From assembly GCF_035084215.1 (NCBI RefSeq), contig NC_090365.1, positions 10,850,001 to 10,914,000 on the forward strand: 64,000 nucleotides of DNA, read 5' to 3'. Below the pieces are notes generated by a model. It was given only the letters and a program-made list of their open reading frames with translations, was not told where the DNA came from and searched no databases. Positions 62,791-64,000 of this stretch are shown one piece after another; within the stretch, counting starts at the first letter, position 1, and every line of letters begins with the position of its first letter. The stretch comes from Heptranchias perlo. Its lineage: Eukaryota. The position numbers and the translations under genes were made by a program.

Positions 62791-63014
62791 GGACTGTAGG
62801 GCCGATTTTACTGTCCAGTGACTCTGGGAAAGCTCCATTCCCCTCAACTCAAAGCAGAAGGAAAAGAACAGGTGACCTTAGATAGTAGGCTCCACCCATG
62901 CTGTCTGGCGGTTTCCAAGGATTCTCCCGAGAAGGAGCAGCAAATAGCAGGCATGTTAATAAGGCAGGAAGGGGGCATAACAGGTCCTCTCATCTCATTT
63001 GCCCTCCCCATGAG

Positions 63015-64000
63015 TACGGTAGCATAGTGGTTATGTTACTGGGCTAGTAATCCAGAGGCTTGGACTAAAATCCAGAGTCATGAGTTCAAATCCCGCCACG
63101 GCAGCTGGCGAATTTAAATTCAATTAATTAATTAAATTCAATTAATTAAATAAAAATCTGGAATTAAAGTACCAGTATCAGTAATGATGGCCATGAAACT
63201 ACCGGATTGTCGTAAAAACCCATCTGGTTCACTAATGTCCTTTAGGGAAGGAAACCTGCCGCCCTTACCCGGTCTGGCCTATATGTGACTCCAGACCCAC
63301 AGCAATGTGGTTGATTCTTAATTGCCCTCTGAAATGGCCCAGCAAGCCACTCAGTTGTAAAATCTCGCTACGAAAAGTCATAATAAGAATAAAACCGGAC
63401 GGACCACCCGGCATCGGACCACTAGGCACCGGACACGACAACGGCAAAACACCAAGCCCAGTCGACCCTGCAAGGTCCTCCTTACTAACATCTGGGGACT
63501 TGTGCCAAAATTGGGAGAGGTGTCCCACAGACTGGTCAAGCAACAGCCTGACATAGCCATACTCACAGAATCATACCTTTCAGCCAATGTCCCAGACTCT
63601 TCCATCACCATCCCTGAGTATGTCCTGTCCCACCGGCAGGACAGACCCACCAGAGGTGGCGGTACAGTGATATACAGTCAGGAGGGAGTGGCCCTGGGAG
63701 TCCTCAACATTGACTCTGGACCCCATGAAATCTCATGGCATCAGGTCAAACATGGGCAAGGAAACCTCCTGCTGATTACCACCGACCGTCCTCCCTCAGC
63801 TGATGAATCAGTCCTCCTCCATGTTGAACACCACTTGGAGGAAGCACTGAGGGTAGCAAGGGCACAGAATATACTCTGGGTGGGGGACTTCAATGTCCAT
63901 CAACAATAGTGGCTCGGTAGCACCACGACTGACCGAGCTGGCCGAGTCCTGAAGGACATAGCTGCCAGACTGGGCCTGCGGCAGGTGGTGAGCGAACCAA
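63015..64000 (+). mobile_element. 5' end of a family B LINE: tRNA-derived head, 5' body and endonuclease domain (runs off the window)
   Basis: A box TAGCATAGTGG 63020-63030, B box GTTCAAATCC 63084-63093; EN reading frame from about 63361 (NIWGL, ILTES, GDFNVH); collinear with 24138-23380 on the minus strand. Confidence 0.9.
63020..63093 (+). promoter_or_regulatory. Internal RNA polymerase III type-2 promoter (A and B boxes) at the LINE 5' end
   Basis: Matches TRGCNNARYGG and GTTCRANNC; anticodon-arm-like CTGGG-CTAGTAA-TCCAG (AGT) lies between them. Confidence 0.65.

Noticed and set aside
11200-63000. A second host protein-coding gene (for example a DHX34-like neighbour)
   Set aside because: No ORF or exon with a recognisable non-transposon domain was found, although short exons could have been missed by eye.
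63015-63100. Functional tRNA-Thr gene
   Set aside because: The anticodon arm is duplicated, there is no convincing acceptor stem or downstream T-run terminator, and it is continuous with a retroelement.

Overview
This is vertebrate genomic DNA, most likely from a cartilaginous fish (shark), judging by its repeat families. The only recognisable host gene is the 3' end of a TALE-homeobox Meis gene on the + strand, probably meis3. Four exons are visible (2284-2342, 4224-4313, alternative 4602-4697, terminal from 9587), and the 3' UTR runs to about 11.15 kb. The remainder is transposon-dense: CR1/HER1-type LINE fragments, L2 fragments, Deu-domain tRNA SINEs, hAT and Harbinger-like MITEs, Penelope-like termini and several minisatellites. 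The most unusual object is a compact (~3.3 kb) endonuclease-RT LINE, called family B here. It has a tRNA-derived A-box/B-box head and no ORF1, no TTTT run was found by eye on its sense strand, and no AUG opens its ORF. A short SINE shares both of its ends. Together these suggest an RNA polymerase III-transcribed LINE/SINE system. A Penelope-like insert also carries a minimal hammerhead ribozyme motif. Everything was read by eye, so repeat boundaries are approximate and family names come from recalled consensus features, not database searches.
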